This document shows positions 18,254 to 27,715 of a stretch of DNA of 64,000 nt, in pieces. The notes beneath the pieces are model-generated. The model was not told where the DNA came from. It saw nothing but the letters and a program-made list of their open reading frames with translations, and ran no database searches. Numbering within the stretch: the first letter of the stretch is position 1; every line of letters begins with the position of its first letter. A program made the translations under genes and the position numbers. Origin of the DNA: Treponema sp. (GTDB lineage Bacteria; Spirochaetota; Spirochaetia; Treponematales; Treponemataceae); assembly GCA_045642665.1 (NCBI GenBank), contig JAZUJH010000137.1:2242-66241 (forward strand). The letters run 5' to 3'.

Positions 18254-18315
18254 AAGTCTTTCTTTTTTAATTGACCTGTATTTGCTTTGCCATCTCCGAC
18301 CTGAGATTCCGTAAA

Positions 18316-18465
18316 CTAATTACCGTTTCTTTCTCTTGCTTTAGCGATGTTCTCTTTGTAATCATACCGGTGCTGTCGGTCATAGATGTAGTTCGCAATA
18401 AAAGTTCCGACCATACCTGATACAATTCCAATGAAGATTGCGGCAAAAATAATATTCGAATCCAT
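18316..18465 (-). CDS. Unannotated 49-aa single-pass membrane protein
   Basis: MDSNIIFAAIFIGIVSGMVGTFIANYIYDRQHRYDYKENIAKARERNGN*. SD AGGGGA upstream; one hydrophobic helix and a charged tail. Confidence 0.6.
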   Translation of the reverse strand: MDSNIIFAAIFIGIVSGMVGTFIANYIYDRQHRYDYKENIAKARERNGN

Positions 18466-18621
18466 TTTTATAGTTCCCCTGGGATTAAATAATGTAGCTG
18501 ATATTATTCATTATATATATTTATATGTCAATGAAAAATCTGCAGAATATACTAAGGTATACCGTTTTTCTCACGGCAATCAAAATTAGAAATTCATAGC
18601 TTTCTGGGAAAATGATTTTTA

Positions 18622-18650
18622 TTTACACCTAAAAAACTCTGTGATATAAT
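18622..18650 (+). promoter_or_regulatory. Promoter TTTACA-N17-TATAAT with extended TG
   Basis: Read directly; ATG 18660 follows after 9 nt, no SD. Confidence 0.65.
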
Positions 18651-18659
18651 TCTTAACCT

Positions 18660-19511
18660 ATGGATAAAAAAAAGAAAAGTCTGCTTGACCGAATCTTAAA
18701 AATGGATAGCGTAGTATTTAAGGTAATTCCAATTTTTGGTGTTATTTTTTTGAGTATGATTCTGGTTTATTCATTTTTTTTTAACCCTTTTTTTGATGAG
18801 GGCGTAAACTATCCTGTTATATTGTTTTTTCTTAGAATAATTGCGCTGGGATTTTGTATTTTTCTTATTTTCAGGCCTTTCTGTTTTTATGCATATTCGA
18901 TTGTGGGATTCATTTTTTCTGTTTTCTGGACAGTTGATTCTTCTAACATGCTGCTGAGTTTTCTTTATATTCTTCTGTTCATGACAACAGCATCCATATC
19001 AGGTTTTTTTTACAGGAAGAGAAATTTGAAGGTCATAATTATAGCGGTAATCTATATTCTGCTTCCTCTGGCACAGCTGCGGTTAGGCAAGGAAGCTTTC
19101 TTTGATTATATTGTGACTTGCCTTTTTGCAATTCCTGTTATTTTTCTTAGTTTCATTTTCATTTTTTCTTCATTCCATACTTATTACGACAAAATCAGAG
19201 CTTTTCCTCTTGAGCTGAATCTGTATTCTGATCTGACTAAGGAAGATATAATTATTGTATGCAGGATTCTTCAGAATGAAAAATACACATCGATTTCATC
19301 TTCACTTAAGCGTAGCGAAGTTACAATTAAAAAACGTGCGGCAAAAATTTTCAGATGCTTCAGTTCCGTTGACAAATATGATTTTGTGGCAAACTTTTCG
19401 AATCATCCCGTAATGTATAACGGTAAACTTCTTATGGATGCCGACAGAAATGAGACATCATATTTTGCAGAAGTTTGCAAAGATGTTCAGGGGACGATTG
19501 CGAAAAGCTGA
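18660..19511 (+). CDS. Multi-pass membrane protein with a C-terminal LuxR-type HTH
   Basis: About 5 TM segments, then LTKEDIIIV...YTSISSSLKRSEVTIKKRAAKIF. Confidence 0.6.
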   Translation: MDKKKKSLLDRILKMDSVVFKVIPIFGVIFLSMILVYSFFFNPFFDEGVNYPVILFFLRIIALGFCIFLIFRPFCFYAYSIVGFIFSVFWTVDSSNMLLSFLYILLFMTTASISGFFYRKRNLKVIIIAVIYILLPLAQLRLGKEAFFDYIVTCLFAIPVIFLSFIFIFSSFHTYYDKIRAFPLELNLYSDLTKEDIIIVCRILQNEKYTSISSSLKRSEVTIKKRAAKIFRCFSSVDKYDFVANFSNHPVMYNGKLLMDADRNETSYFAEVCKDVQGTIAKS

Positions 19512-19719
19512 AGCTGATTTTGTTTCGGCATCAAAATTCTGTCAGTTTTTTCTCTTGCGTAATACCGTATCAGGTTCATATATTTTTTTATTTCTGATCC
19601 TCAAATTTCGGAACACTGAAGGCAGAATTTTTTTGTGTGAACCGATAAGAATTGCAATTTTTAGGGATGCCCCTGACCTTGATATTTTTCTGCCTGTCAG
19701 TCTTATATGGTAATACTGT

Positions 19720-20613
19720 TTAATTTGCCTTGAAGAAACTCTTTTTTCCGGGAGCTTTTATATTCTTCGGAACGTATCGGACTTCATTTACGTTGTAGAC
19801 AGTCACGAATGCTTCTGGAGCATTTTTAACAAGATAGCTCATAAGCTTCTGATATTCTGTTTTGTCAACGATGGTAATAATTTCATTACGTATAATTCCG
19901 TCATGAGCACCTCTTGCCTGATAAATTGTGGCACCGCTTTTAAGGTCATTGATAATCCAGTGATGTATTTCCGCTTCCTTGTCCTTTGAAATTATGCAGA
20001 CACGGCGCTTTATCTTTTGACCGAATACAAAGTGGTCAATCAGTATGCCGTTGAAATAAGTTCCTATAACACTGAGGACAACAGTTTCCTTGTCGTAAAC
20101 AAGAGCACTGCTCAGGGCAACTATCATTCCGCTTATGCTCATGGCGTGTCCCAGGTCCATGTGAAGATACTTGTTCATTATCTTGGCAACAATATCCAGT
20201 CCTCCGGAAGATGCGTTCATGTTAAACAGAATTGCGATACCGATGCTTACAATGAAGATATATGCAATAACGTCAAGCATATTGTTTCCTGTAAAGGACT
20301 GCACATTAGGGAATATGGTTTCAAACAGCTTAAGGTAAAGAGGCATGATTATTGTATTGAATACTGTCCTGGCCCCGAATTCGTTTCCGCAGAAAATGAA
20401 ACCCAGTATCAGGAGAAATACATTCAGTATCATGGTGATTGCTGACATGGAAAGTGGTATGAAGTTTTCAAGGACAATAGCCAGTCCTGATATGGAACTT
20501 ATGGACGTATGTGTCGGTACAAGAAAGAAATAAACGGCAACAGCTATGATGAGACTAGCCAGGGACATAATCAAATATTCTTTGGCTGTACTAAAAAAAT
20601 TTTTAGTATTCAT
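19720..20613 (-). CDS. YitT family membrane protein
   Basis: SSISGLAIV, NASSGGLDIVAKI, C-terminal DUF2179 (GATIYQARG...AFVTVYNVNEVR). Confidence 0.9.
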   Translation of the reverse strand: MNTKNFFSTAKEYLIMSLASLIIAVAVYFFLVPTHTSISSISGLAIVLENFIPLSMSAITMILNVFLLILGFIFCGNEFGARTVFNTIIMPLYLKLFETIFPNVQSFTGNNMLDVIAYIFIVSIGIAILFNMNASSGGLDIVAKIMNKYLHMDLGHAMSISGMIVALSSALVYDKETVVLSVIGTYFNGILIDHFVFGQKIKRRVCIISKDKEAEIHHWIINDLKSGATIYQARGAHDGIIRNEIITIVDKTEYQKLMSYLVKNAPEAFVTVYNVNEVRYVPKNIKAPGKKSFFKAN

Positions 20614-20763
20614 AAAACGACCTTCATAAAAAAGATAGAATATGAATTTATCATAAGAACAGGATTGTGTGAATATTTTTACGTGATTTTTATGTTTTTT
20701 TTTGCAGAAAAAATTGTTTTATGGAAAAGTACCGGGAACTTCAGCAGGGAAATATCCTTCAAT

Positions 20764-20795
20764 AAAAAAACGCCGGATTTGATTCCGGCGTTTTT
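20764..20795. terminator. Bidirectional intrinsic terminator
   Basis: A7-CGCCGGA-loop-TCCGGCG-T5. Confidence 0.8.
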
Positions 20796-20828
20796 CTGTT
20801 ACTGCATATTTCCGGCTAACTTAATCAA

Positions 20829-22337
20829 TTAGTTAGCAAATGGATTTTCATCCTTGTAGAGCATTCCTGCTGGCTGGTTGAAAGCTACATCACCAATTCC
20901 GAGGTACTTGAAGATTGTGAAGAGAGCCTTTCCATAGTGACCGAATGCAACAGCTCCGTGGTGTGGATACTGTTTTCCTACGAGTACATGGCGGTAGAAG
21001 CGTCCCATTTCTGGAATAGCGAATACACCGATGCCACCGAATGACTGTGTTGCAACCGGGAGAATTTCACCCTGTGCAATGTATGCCTGGAGCTTTGTAT
21101 CCGGGGTTGTCTGGAGACGGAAGAATGTGATTGGTCCGTCCATGATGTCTCCTTCGAGGGTACCGCGAGTAAAGTCTGGTGTACCGCCGTTTTCAAGGAG
21201 ACGGTTCTGGATAAGCTGGAACTTAACAGCCGGCTTGCTTCTCTTTGCGAGGCAGCAGAATGGTGTGTTTCCGCAGTGGAAAGCCATGAATGTATCGTTG
21301 AGCTTGTAGTTGTAGCTGAACTTTCCCTTGATGCTGTCTTCGTACATATCTGATGGAACTGAGTTATTGATGTCGAGCAATGTAACAGGTGCTGCAGATA
21401 CACAGGTTCCGATGTATTCAGAAAGTGCACCGAAGATATCAACTTCACATGCAACTGGAATACCGCGGCTTGCAAGGCGGCTGTTTACATAGCAAGGTTC
21501 AAATCCGAATTCCTTAGGGAATGCTGGCCAGCATTTGTCAGCCAGGGCAACATATTTCTTGCATCCCTTGTTAGCTTCAATCCAGTCGAGGAGTGTAAGT
21601 TCAAACTGTGCCATACGTGGGAGCATTTCCGGATACTTGTTTCCTTCCATTCCAAGTTCTTCTGCCATGTCCTTTGCAACATCAGCGATACGTGGGTCAT
21701 CTTTGTGTGCACGGTAAGCAACCAGAAGGTCAAGTTCTGAGTTTTCCTGGATTTCAACACCAATGTCATAGAGACCCTTGATAGGTGCATTGCATGCGAA
21801 GAAGTCCTGCGGGCGTGGTCCGAATGTAATGATCTTAAGGTTCTTGATACCGATGATTGTTCGTGCAACAGGAATGAATTCTTCAATCATTTTTACGATG
21901 TCATCAGCTGTTCCGACAGGATATTCAGGAATGACTGCAGGAATCTTGCGGAGGTTGAGGTTGTAAGAACAGTTGAGCATACCACAGTAAGCGTCACCGC
22001 GTCCGTTGATAAGGTCTTTCTGTGTTTCCTCAGCTGCTGCTACGAACATGCATGGACCGTCAAAGTTCTGTGCAATCTGTGTTTCCGGTGTTTCAGGACC
22101 GAAGTTTCCGAGGAATACAACGAGTGCGTTACATCCTGCTTCCTTAACTTCTGCTACAGCTTTGAGCATATCCTTTTCGTTTTCTACAGTTGTCTTTGCT
22201 TCGTAGAGTGAGCCCTTGTTTCCGAATGCCTTAACGATAGCAGCACGTCTTTTTTCTGAAAGTGAAATTACAAAACAGTCACGGCTAACAGCAATGATAC
22301 CAAGTTTTACGTCTGGAATATTTGTCATCTTTTCCAT
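20829..22337 (-). CDS. L-fucose/L-arabinose isomerase family protein (candidate XylA-II-type pentose isomerase)
   Basis: GIIAVSRDCF, LGNFGPE, GRGDAYCG, KCWP, ACEVD, FHCGN, YPHHGAVAFGH. Confidence 0.8.
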   Translation of the reverse strand: MEKMTNIPDVKLGIIAVSRDCFVISLSEKRRAAIVKAFGNKGSLYEAKTTVENEKDMLKAVAEVKEAGCNALVVFLGNFGPETPETQIAQNFDGPCMFVAAAEETQKDLINGRGDAYCGMLNCSYNLNLRKIPAVIPEYPVGTADDIVKMIEEFIPVARTIIGIKNLKIITFGPRPQDFFACNAPIKGLYDIGVEIQENSELDLLVAYRAHKDDPRIADVAKDMAEELGMEGNKYPEMLPRMAQFELTLLDWIEANKGCKKYVALADKCWPAFPKEFGFEPCYVNSRLASRGIPVACEVDIFGALSEYIGTCVSAAPVTLLDINNSVPSDMYEDSIKGKFSYNYKLNDTFMAFHCGNTPFCCLAKRSKPAVKFQLIQNRLLENGGTPDFTRGTLEGDIMDGPITFFRLQTTPDTKLQAYIAQGEILPVATQSFGGIGVFAIPEMGRFYRHVLVGKQYPHHGAVAFGHYGKALFTIFKYLGIGDVAFNQPAGMLYKDENPFAN

Positions 22338-22376
22338 TTTAATATTTCTCCTAAAATTTGTGTTTATAAATCATCA

Positions 22377-22401
22377 GAGTCCCTGAAAGTTTCAGGGATT
22401 C
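22377..22401. repeat. Short family-A-like hairpin between DUF4867 and the isomerase
   Basis: GAGTCCCTGAA/TTCAGGGATTC. Confidence 0.55.
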
Positions 22402-22403
22402 AT

Positions 22404-23069
22404 TTATTTTTTTGATTTCTTTGCAAGATCAATGTTTTCGCCTGTAAGGCCAATGAAAGCACCTTCCTTAGCCGGTTCAGAATCAGCATGGGCAATGAGC
22501 CACTTATTTTTTGCCCAAAGAAGTTTGTCTTCATCGTCAATGTTCGTGATTTCAGGCTTTTCAGTGTTTGTTCCTTTCGGAAGAACAATGATAACTCTGA
22601 ATCCCTTTGAAACTTTTCCGGCCTTGTCTACATCACAGCATGGAGCAAAGTGAAGTGTTGTTTCATAAATCTGAACAACAGTTCCCGCAGGAACTCTGAA
22701 AGCTTCAACGTGGTCTGTACAGAGCTTGCCTTCTTTTACGTCCTGGAGAGAAGCAAGAAGAAGAATAGCATCCTGTGAAGGGATGTTGAGTTCGCTTCCC
22801 CTGTGATATTCAAGACAGTTGAGCTTTGTATTGTAACCGTTGCAGTATCCTATCTGGATATCCATTCCGCCGTATACATTTGTGCTGAACTTCTTCATAA
22901 TATCAAGGCTCTCAAGATTAGCAACCGAAGGTTCGTAAACTGTGGAAGCTTCCGGCATTGGACTTATCTCATCCAGCATGGAAAGCAGAGGTTTTACATC
23001 ATAACCTTTCAGAACTTTTCCGTAGCGTTCAAAGCTGCGTGAAAAAACACTTTTGATTTTAAGTTTCAT
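22404..23069 (-). CDS. DUF4867 family protein (cupin-like)
   Basis: IQIGYCNGYNTKLNCLEYHRGSE, TTLHFAPC, LWAKNKWLIAH. Confidence 0.8.
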   Translation of the reverse strand: MKLKIKSVFSRSFERYGKVLKGYDVKPLLSMLDEISPMPEASTVYEPSVANLESLDIMKKFSTNVYGGMDIQIGYCNGYNTKLNCLEYHRGSELNIPSQDAILLLASLQDVKEGKLCTDHVEAFRVPAGTVVQIYETTLHFAPCCDVDKAGKVSKGFRVIIVLPKGTNTEKPEITNIDDEDKLLWAKNKWLIAHADSEPAKEGAFIGLTGENIDLAKKSKK

Positions 23070-23334
23070 TCATCCTCCAAAACTCTGCTCCCCGAAACTT
23101 TGTAACCAGAGCAGCAGTTCCCATTTATTTGTTCCCTGAAGTTAATTCATGTGCCTCTAAAAATTTATGTTTTTAAAGGTTTATCTATGGCATATTAGTA
23201 TGCAAGTATGTATTATAAATCCGTTTTTAAAAAAAAGGAACATTGAATTTTTAGTTTTTTTATTTTTTTTTAAGAGGATTTTTTATCGGATTTTTTTAAG
23301 GAAATTTTAAAGTTTGTAATTATTTTTTTTAAAT

Positions 23335-23412
23335 TTTTTAGAAATGAATACGAGTTCTGGGCCTTGAAATTACAAGGCCTAAAGACATTGCGTTTTCACG
23401 GTAGCCGCTAAA
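23335..23412 (+). repeat. Family-B element, partial copy
   Basis: TTTTAGAAATG..CGAGTTCTGGGCCTTGAAATTACAAGGCCTAAAGACATTGCG matches the other B copies; abuts the DUF1848 stop. Confidence 0.75.
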
Positions 23413-24346
23413 ATAATTCAAGCTGAAAGTTCTTTTCCCTTAGAAAGGATTTCTGTTTTGCAGGAACTATTTTGTCTGTGGGAAGAGGTTTCCCGAATAG
23501 CATAGGAGAGTGCGGGTCGTGCACCTTATAGTTTTTCAGGGCAAGCTCTGTGTTGTCCGTTGCGTAACAGTATCTGCAGCCTGCAGGGCATGAACTGTAG
23601 GCACCCATGTCGCTGTATTTTATGCAGTGACAGCCTTTTCTTGTTCCTCTGTGAGTCAGGTCCTTGAATTCAATGTTAAAAATTTTTCCGATCTCACTGA
23701 GATTAACGCATCCGCTTTTTTTGATTCCAAATCTTGTGAAATCCTGATAAGTTTCGCATGTCTGAAGTTCGATTGAATATTTTTTTGCAATACGGCCGAG
23801 TCCTTCCGCAAGTTCTTCCATTTCTTCGGCTGTAAGAATCTGTATATCCTTCATATTGAATTTTACTTTCCCGTACATTTCCACGAAGCTGAAAATACAT
23901 TTGGCGACATGTCCCTGCAGTCTTGCCGCCATGTGCTCAAAGGTAATGAGGTGCTGTTTTATTGTATATTTCTTTGTAAGGAGCACAGGGTCGTAGCGCC
24001 AGAAAATTTTATCTTTTCCCACAAGCTTTTCAAGTTTTAAAAGAGTGTCAATGCTCTGGTCTGCGGAAGGGACATCACTTTCCATATCCTTTCCGTATGC
24101 AGTTATAGTGTAGAAGAAGATTGCGTTGAATTTTTCCGTTATTTTTTTTACATGCTCCAGCAGAGGTTCATAATTTTTGGAGCAGAAACACAGGCAGTCC
24201 ACTTTTGAGGGAGAAAGCTCGTAGCGGCTTATCTGTTCCGGGTTATACGGATTTCTTACAAGTACGTAACCTTCCTTCAGTCGTTCCATTAGCCATGGTG
24301 TGTAGTAGTGAACAATGTCCGTTCTTCCGCTGATATTCAGAATCAT
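23408..24346 (-). CDS. DUF1848 domain protein (radical-SAM/SPL-like)
   Basis: ILNISGRTDI, VRNPYN, FCSKN, WRYDP, DMGAYSSCPAGCRYCYA. Start ATG 24346 after GAGG. Confidence 0.88.
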   Translation of the reverse strand: MILNISGRTDIVHYYTPWLMERLKEGYVLVRNPYNPEQISRYELSPSKVDCLCFCSKNYEPLLEHVKKITEKFNAIFFYTITAYGKDMESDVPSADQSIDTLLKLEKLVGKDKIFWRYDPVLLTKKYTIKQHLITFEHMAARLQGHVAKCIFSFVEMYGKVKFNMKDIQILTAEEMEELAEGLGRIAKKYSIELQTCETYQDFTRFGIKKSGCVNLSEIGKIFNIEFKDLTHRGTRKGCHCIKYSDMGAYSSCPAGCRYCYATDNTELALKNYKVHDPHSPMLFGKPLPTDKIVPAKQKSFLREKNFQLELF

Positions 24347-24926
24347 AGGTAACCTCATGAATATGGTAATGATTTGCACTCTTTGGTTCAAGTTGTGCAC
24401 AAGTTGTTTACACATTTTATGAACAACTTAGTAACATCATTTGAACTGGAATTTGCTGGTGCATTGTTCAGGTAATTTGGACCTTCATTGAAGTCGGATA
24501 ATGGTTTTTAAGTGGTTTCAGGTGCTTATCGTAAAAATTTTTGAAATGTTTAAGATTTTTTTTATGTTTCTCTTGATATTTTTATATTCTGTGTTATCAT
24601 TGTTAGTGAATGGGGAATATTGTGAATATTTTGGGGATAAAAAGTTTATAACATTTTCTTTTCTTCTGCAACTTATTTCATGGTTAAAATTCATCAGACC
24701 ATCACTGGTATTGTGTTTTTAGGGAGGGGAAATTCTATTGACACAATGCTTGCATAACTCCCGGGTGGGGGCGGGCAGAATCAGGTATTTTCAGACGGCA
24801 GTTAAAAATGTTTTCTGAAGTATATGGTAAATTTTTTATAAGTTTTTCTTAGTCCTTGGATGAGGGCAGTTTCAGTAAAAGTGCTGTATTATCTCCTGCA
24901 TACACTGAAAACTGCTCTCGTCTTTT

Positions 24927-25652
24927 TTATCTGCACAGTTCACCGTCAGCAATTTTGATTACATGGTTACACATCTGGACAATCTTTGAGTCGTGTGTAG
25001 AGAAGATGAATGTTGTGTGAAGTTCCTCATTAAGTCTCTTCATTAGGTTAAGAATCTGGTCACCGTTTTTTGAGTCAAGGTTAGCTGTCGGTTCATCGGC
25101 AAAAATAACGCTTGCCTTTGTTACAAGTGCACGGGCAATGGCAACTCTCTGTCTCTGTCCGCCTGAAAGTTCAGAAGGTTTGTGACGTTTCCATGATGTA
25201 AGCCCTACAGTTTCAATGAGATAGTCAACCCATTCCTTTTTCTGCTCAGCATTGAATCCCTGTGTGAGTCTGGAATTACCCAGTTTGAGAGGAAGGCTTA
25301 CGTTTTCTTCAACGTTCAGGACAGGAACAAGATTGAAGTTCTGGAAAATGAAACCAAGTTCCTGTCTGCGGATATCTGTTAAAGCTGAATCAAGTTTGAG
25401 CGGAATTTTTCCTCCGTCCGTAAGTTTTACGTCCTTGTAAATATCCTTGCCGTTTATGATAACCTGTCCGCTTGTAGGAATGTCAATGAGTCCCATTATG
25501 TTAAGCAGGGTAGATTTTCCTGAACCAGAAGGACCTGAAAGACATGTAAATTCTCCTTCCTCAATTGAGAATGAAATGTCCTTGAGTGCAGCAACTGTTA
25601 CGTCACCCATTATGTAGTTCTTGTATATGTTGTTAAGACGTACAACTTCCAT
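24927..25652 (-). CDS. ABC transporter ATP-binding protein, LolD/MacB-like
   Basis: GPSGSGKST, LSGGQRQRVAIARAL, ADEPTANLDS, STHD. Confidence 0.93.
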   Translation of the reverse strand: MEVVRLNNIYKNYIMGDVTVAALKDISFSIEEGEFTCLSGPSGSGKSTLLNIMGLIDIPTSGQVIINGKDIYKDVKLTDGGKIPLKLDSALTDIRRQELGFIFQNFNLVPVLNVEENVSLPLKLGNSRLTQGFNAEQKKEWVDYLIETVGLTSWKRHKPSELSGGQRQRVAIARALVTKASVIFADEPTANLDSKNGDQILNLMKRLNEELHTTFIFSTHDSKIVQMCNHVIKIADGELCR

Positions 25653-25678
25653 GTATCCGCTCCTTTATGTTCCGTAGA

Positions 25679-26845
25679 TTAATAGTCCAATGCAATTGAA
25701 AGCTTTGTTCCTAAGGTACAGTTTATATCAGTACCGTAGTTTACAGTAATACCGGTGTTAAGATTTGCATGAGGGAATGTGTTCTTTAATACAAATCCTG
25801 GGGTTATATAACCTTTCTTGTTTGTAAGATCGTGATAACCTGCAAGGACAAGAGCTATTTTGTTATTGAATAGTCCGTTCCATCCCCATTGTTCACCTAT
25901 TTCGCAAGTATTCTTGTTTTCTGTAAAATCATAGCCGTGACGGTATTCAATATTGATTCCCATGTTAGGTGCTGACCATTTTCTGTAGAATCCTGCTATA
26001 ACATTCAGTTTGTCAAAGCTCTGAAGATTCATGCCTTTTTCAATCTTAAAATCAATGTCACCGTGCATGTAGGCATCAAAACCGAATATGGTGCGCTTGA
26101 GTTCAAGACCGGCGATTGTAGAAAAATCAGTTGCTTCCGGGTGATACTGGTGTGCGCTTAAACTTATAAGTGTATCGAATACAACAAAATCAAAGAGGCC
26201 GGCATAGGATACATCCTTCAGATTTACGTTTGTGTTTATGTTTGTGTCAATGAACCCTGATGCGCTGGAAGGAATGGTTCCTTTCATGAGACCTGCGAAA
26301 GTTAGATTTGTGGATCCGAAGGGAATGCTTACGGTTCCTGTTATTGTATTGCCTTGAGTGTTTCCGAGAACCGTATTTGAGTCAAAAAGTCTGCAGTTTC
26401 CCCAGCTTATATTTTTTTTCCCCACGCTTATAAACATTCTGTCCCACAGATTATAGTCCATGTACATCTGGTAAAGTTCCAGTGATGGGCTTGTGTTCGT
26501 GAGACTTGTATAAATGTCTGCAAATATTTTTATGGGAGATACAGGCCGGGAGGAAACATAAAAGTGGTTCGCTAAATTTAGGTATCCTGTATGGCTTATT
26601 CCTGCGGAACTTACGATTAATCCATAGCCTATGTCTGTATCAAGATGTCCGCTGAAGGTTATTGGGTATGTTGATACAACGTCAGTCACTTCCTGCTCTG
26701 TTTCATCAGTAGTTTCCAGGTCAGTGGCGTCATCAAAAAGAAAATCAAAGTCTTCTGACGACGCATCCTCAATAGATTCCTCCGCTGTCAGAGCAGTCAC
26801 TGTAAAAGTGAGAAGTACAAGGCTCAGGGCTATGATTTTTTTCAT
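25679..26845 (-). CDS. Putative outer-membrane beta-barrel protein with an acidic N-terminal linker
   Basis: Signal peptide, acidic stretch, alternating aromatic/hydrophobic strands, terminal aromatic (LSIALDY). Confidence 0.6.
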   Translation of the reverse strand: MKKIIALSLVLLTFTVTALTAEESIEDASSEDFDFLFDDATDLETTDETEQEVTDVVSTYPITFSGHLDTDIGYGLIVSSAGISHTGYLNLANHFYVSSRPVSPIKIFADIYTSLTNTSPSLELYQMYMDYNLWDRMFISVGKKNISWGNCRLFDSNTVLGNTQGNTITGTVSIPFGSTNLTFAGLMKGTIPSSASGFIDTNINTNVNLKDVSYAGLFDFVVFDTLISLSAHQYHPEATDFSTIAGLELKRTIFGFDAYMHGDIDFKIEKGMNLQSFDKLNVIAGFYRKWSAPNMGINIEYRHGYDFTENKNTCEIGEQWGWNGLFNNKIALVLAGYHDLTNKKGYITPGFVLKNTFPHANLNTGITVNYGTDINCTLGTKLSIALDY

Positions 26846-26872
26846 TTTCAGGTTCCTTTAGTGCTTAAAAAA

Positions 26873-27670
26873 TTACTGGCTTGCCATCATTTCGAGATAG
26901 TTTTTTGTATAAACCATGTCGCTCTGCTTGTCAAAGTTAACGTTAGTTATGGTAACCTGTGTCTTTTCGTACTGAAGCTTTCCGTCAATTTTTTTTCCGC
27001 GCAGATTGTCTACGATAAGCATCTTGTGCGGAACGGATCGACCGTTATTTGCTTTCTGATAGGAAGGAATTGCTGTTGTGCGCAGGAGCTGGCTTGAAAG
27101 ACTGTAATCTTCCTTCTTGCGGATAAGTCCGTCTTCTTCTGTAACCCAGAGCTTTATTTCAGGGTAGTCTAGATTCTTTGCAGTTGCAAGGAGATGGAAT
27201 TCGACACAGTTGTAGGAACCGAGCTTAACTTTTTTCGCATAGTCAATTTTATAGTCCCTTACAAAGTGCATAGGCGAAAAGTCACCGTTGTTTGCATTTG
27301 TGTTCTGGAATTTGTTCTGGCTGCTTGTAAATGTAAACTGATTGTCATGGGGATCATAGAACCAGATGACATTGTCGTACTGTACGTATCCCTTGCCTTT
27401 GTCCGCTGTAGGTTTTGTAACAAGAATCGTATAGCGGCTGGTGCTGTCCCTTCTGTGCATGATTGCTTCCGTAAGAGTAGTTCCCTGTCCCGGTTTTTCC
27501 TGTACGAGTGAGTAATATGCGTTGAAATCTGAACCTTCAAAATTTGTGCTGGCGTCAGTTTTTTTAAGAAGAGCAACAGCTTCGTTCTGGCTTAAGTTTT
27601 GTGCATGAAGTGACGCAGCTGTAATAAGTGTAGCTGTGATAATCATGAATATTTTCTTTGTAGGTTTCAT
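26873..27670 (-). CDS. Outer-membrane lipoprotein-sorting protein (LolA-like)
   Basis: Signal peptide; KPTADKGKGY, DNVIWFY, YPEIKLWV, KKEDYSLS, PHKMLIVD. Confidence 0.8.
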   Translation of the reverse strand: MKPTKKIFMIITATLITAASLHAQNLSQNEAVALLKKTDASTNFEGSDFNAYYSLVQEKPGQGTTLTEAIMHRRDSTSRYTILVTKPTADKGKGYVQYDNVIWFYDPHDNQFTFTSSQNKFQNTNANNGDFSPMHFVRDYKIDYAKKVKLGSYNCVEFHLLATAKNLDYPEIKLWVTEEDGLIRKKEDYSLSSQLLRTTAIPSYQKANNGRSVPHKMLIVDNLRGKKIDGKLQYEKTQVTITNVNFDKQSDMVYTKNYLEMMASQ

Positions 27671-27715
27671 TTTAATCTCCTGAAATAAAATTCAGCCTGA
27701 TGAAGTCAAATAAAA

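Noticed and set aside
20991-20998. GGCGGTAG ops-like octamer
   Set aside because: It lies inside the isomerase CDS, antisense to its transcription and far from the polysaccharide genes.
24385-24432. AAGTTGT repeats and the TTGTGCACAA palindrome upstream of DUF1848 as an SOS or DnaA box
   Set aside because: Does not fit known LexA consensuses; only a mismatched DnaA-like 9-mer with no origin context.
24501-24722. 73-aa hydrophobic ORF in an AT-rich gap
   Set aside because: The F/I/L richness is explained by T-rich DNA; no SD or motif. The opposite-strand frame is equally unconvincing.
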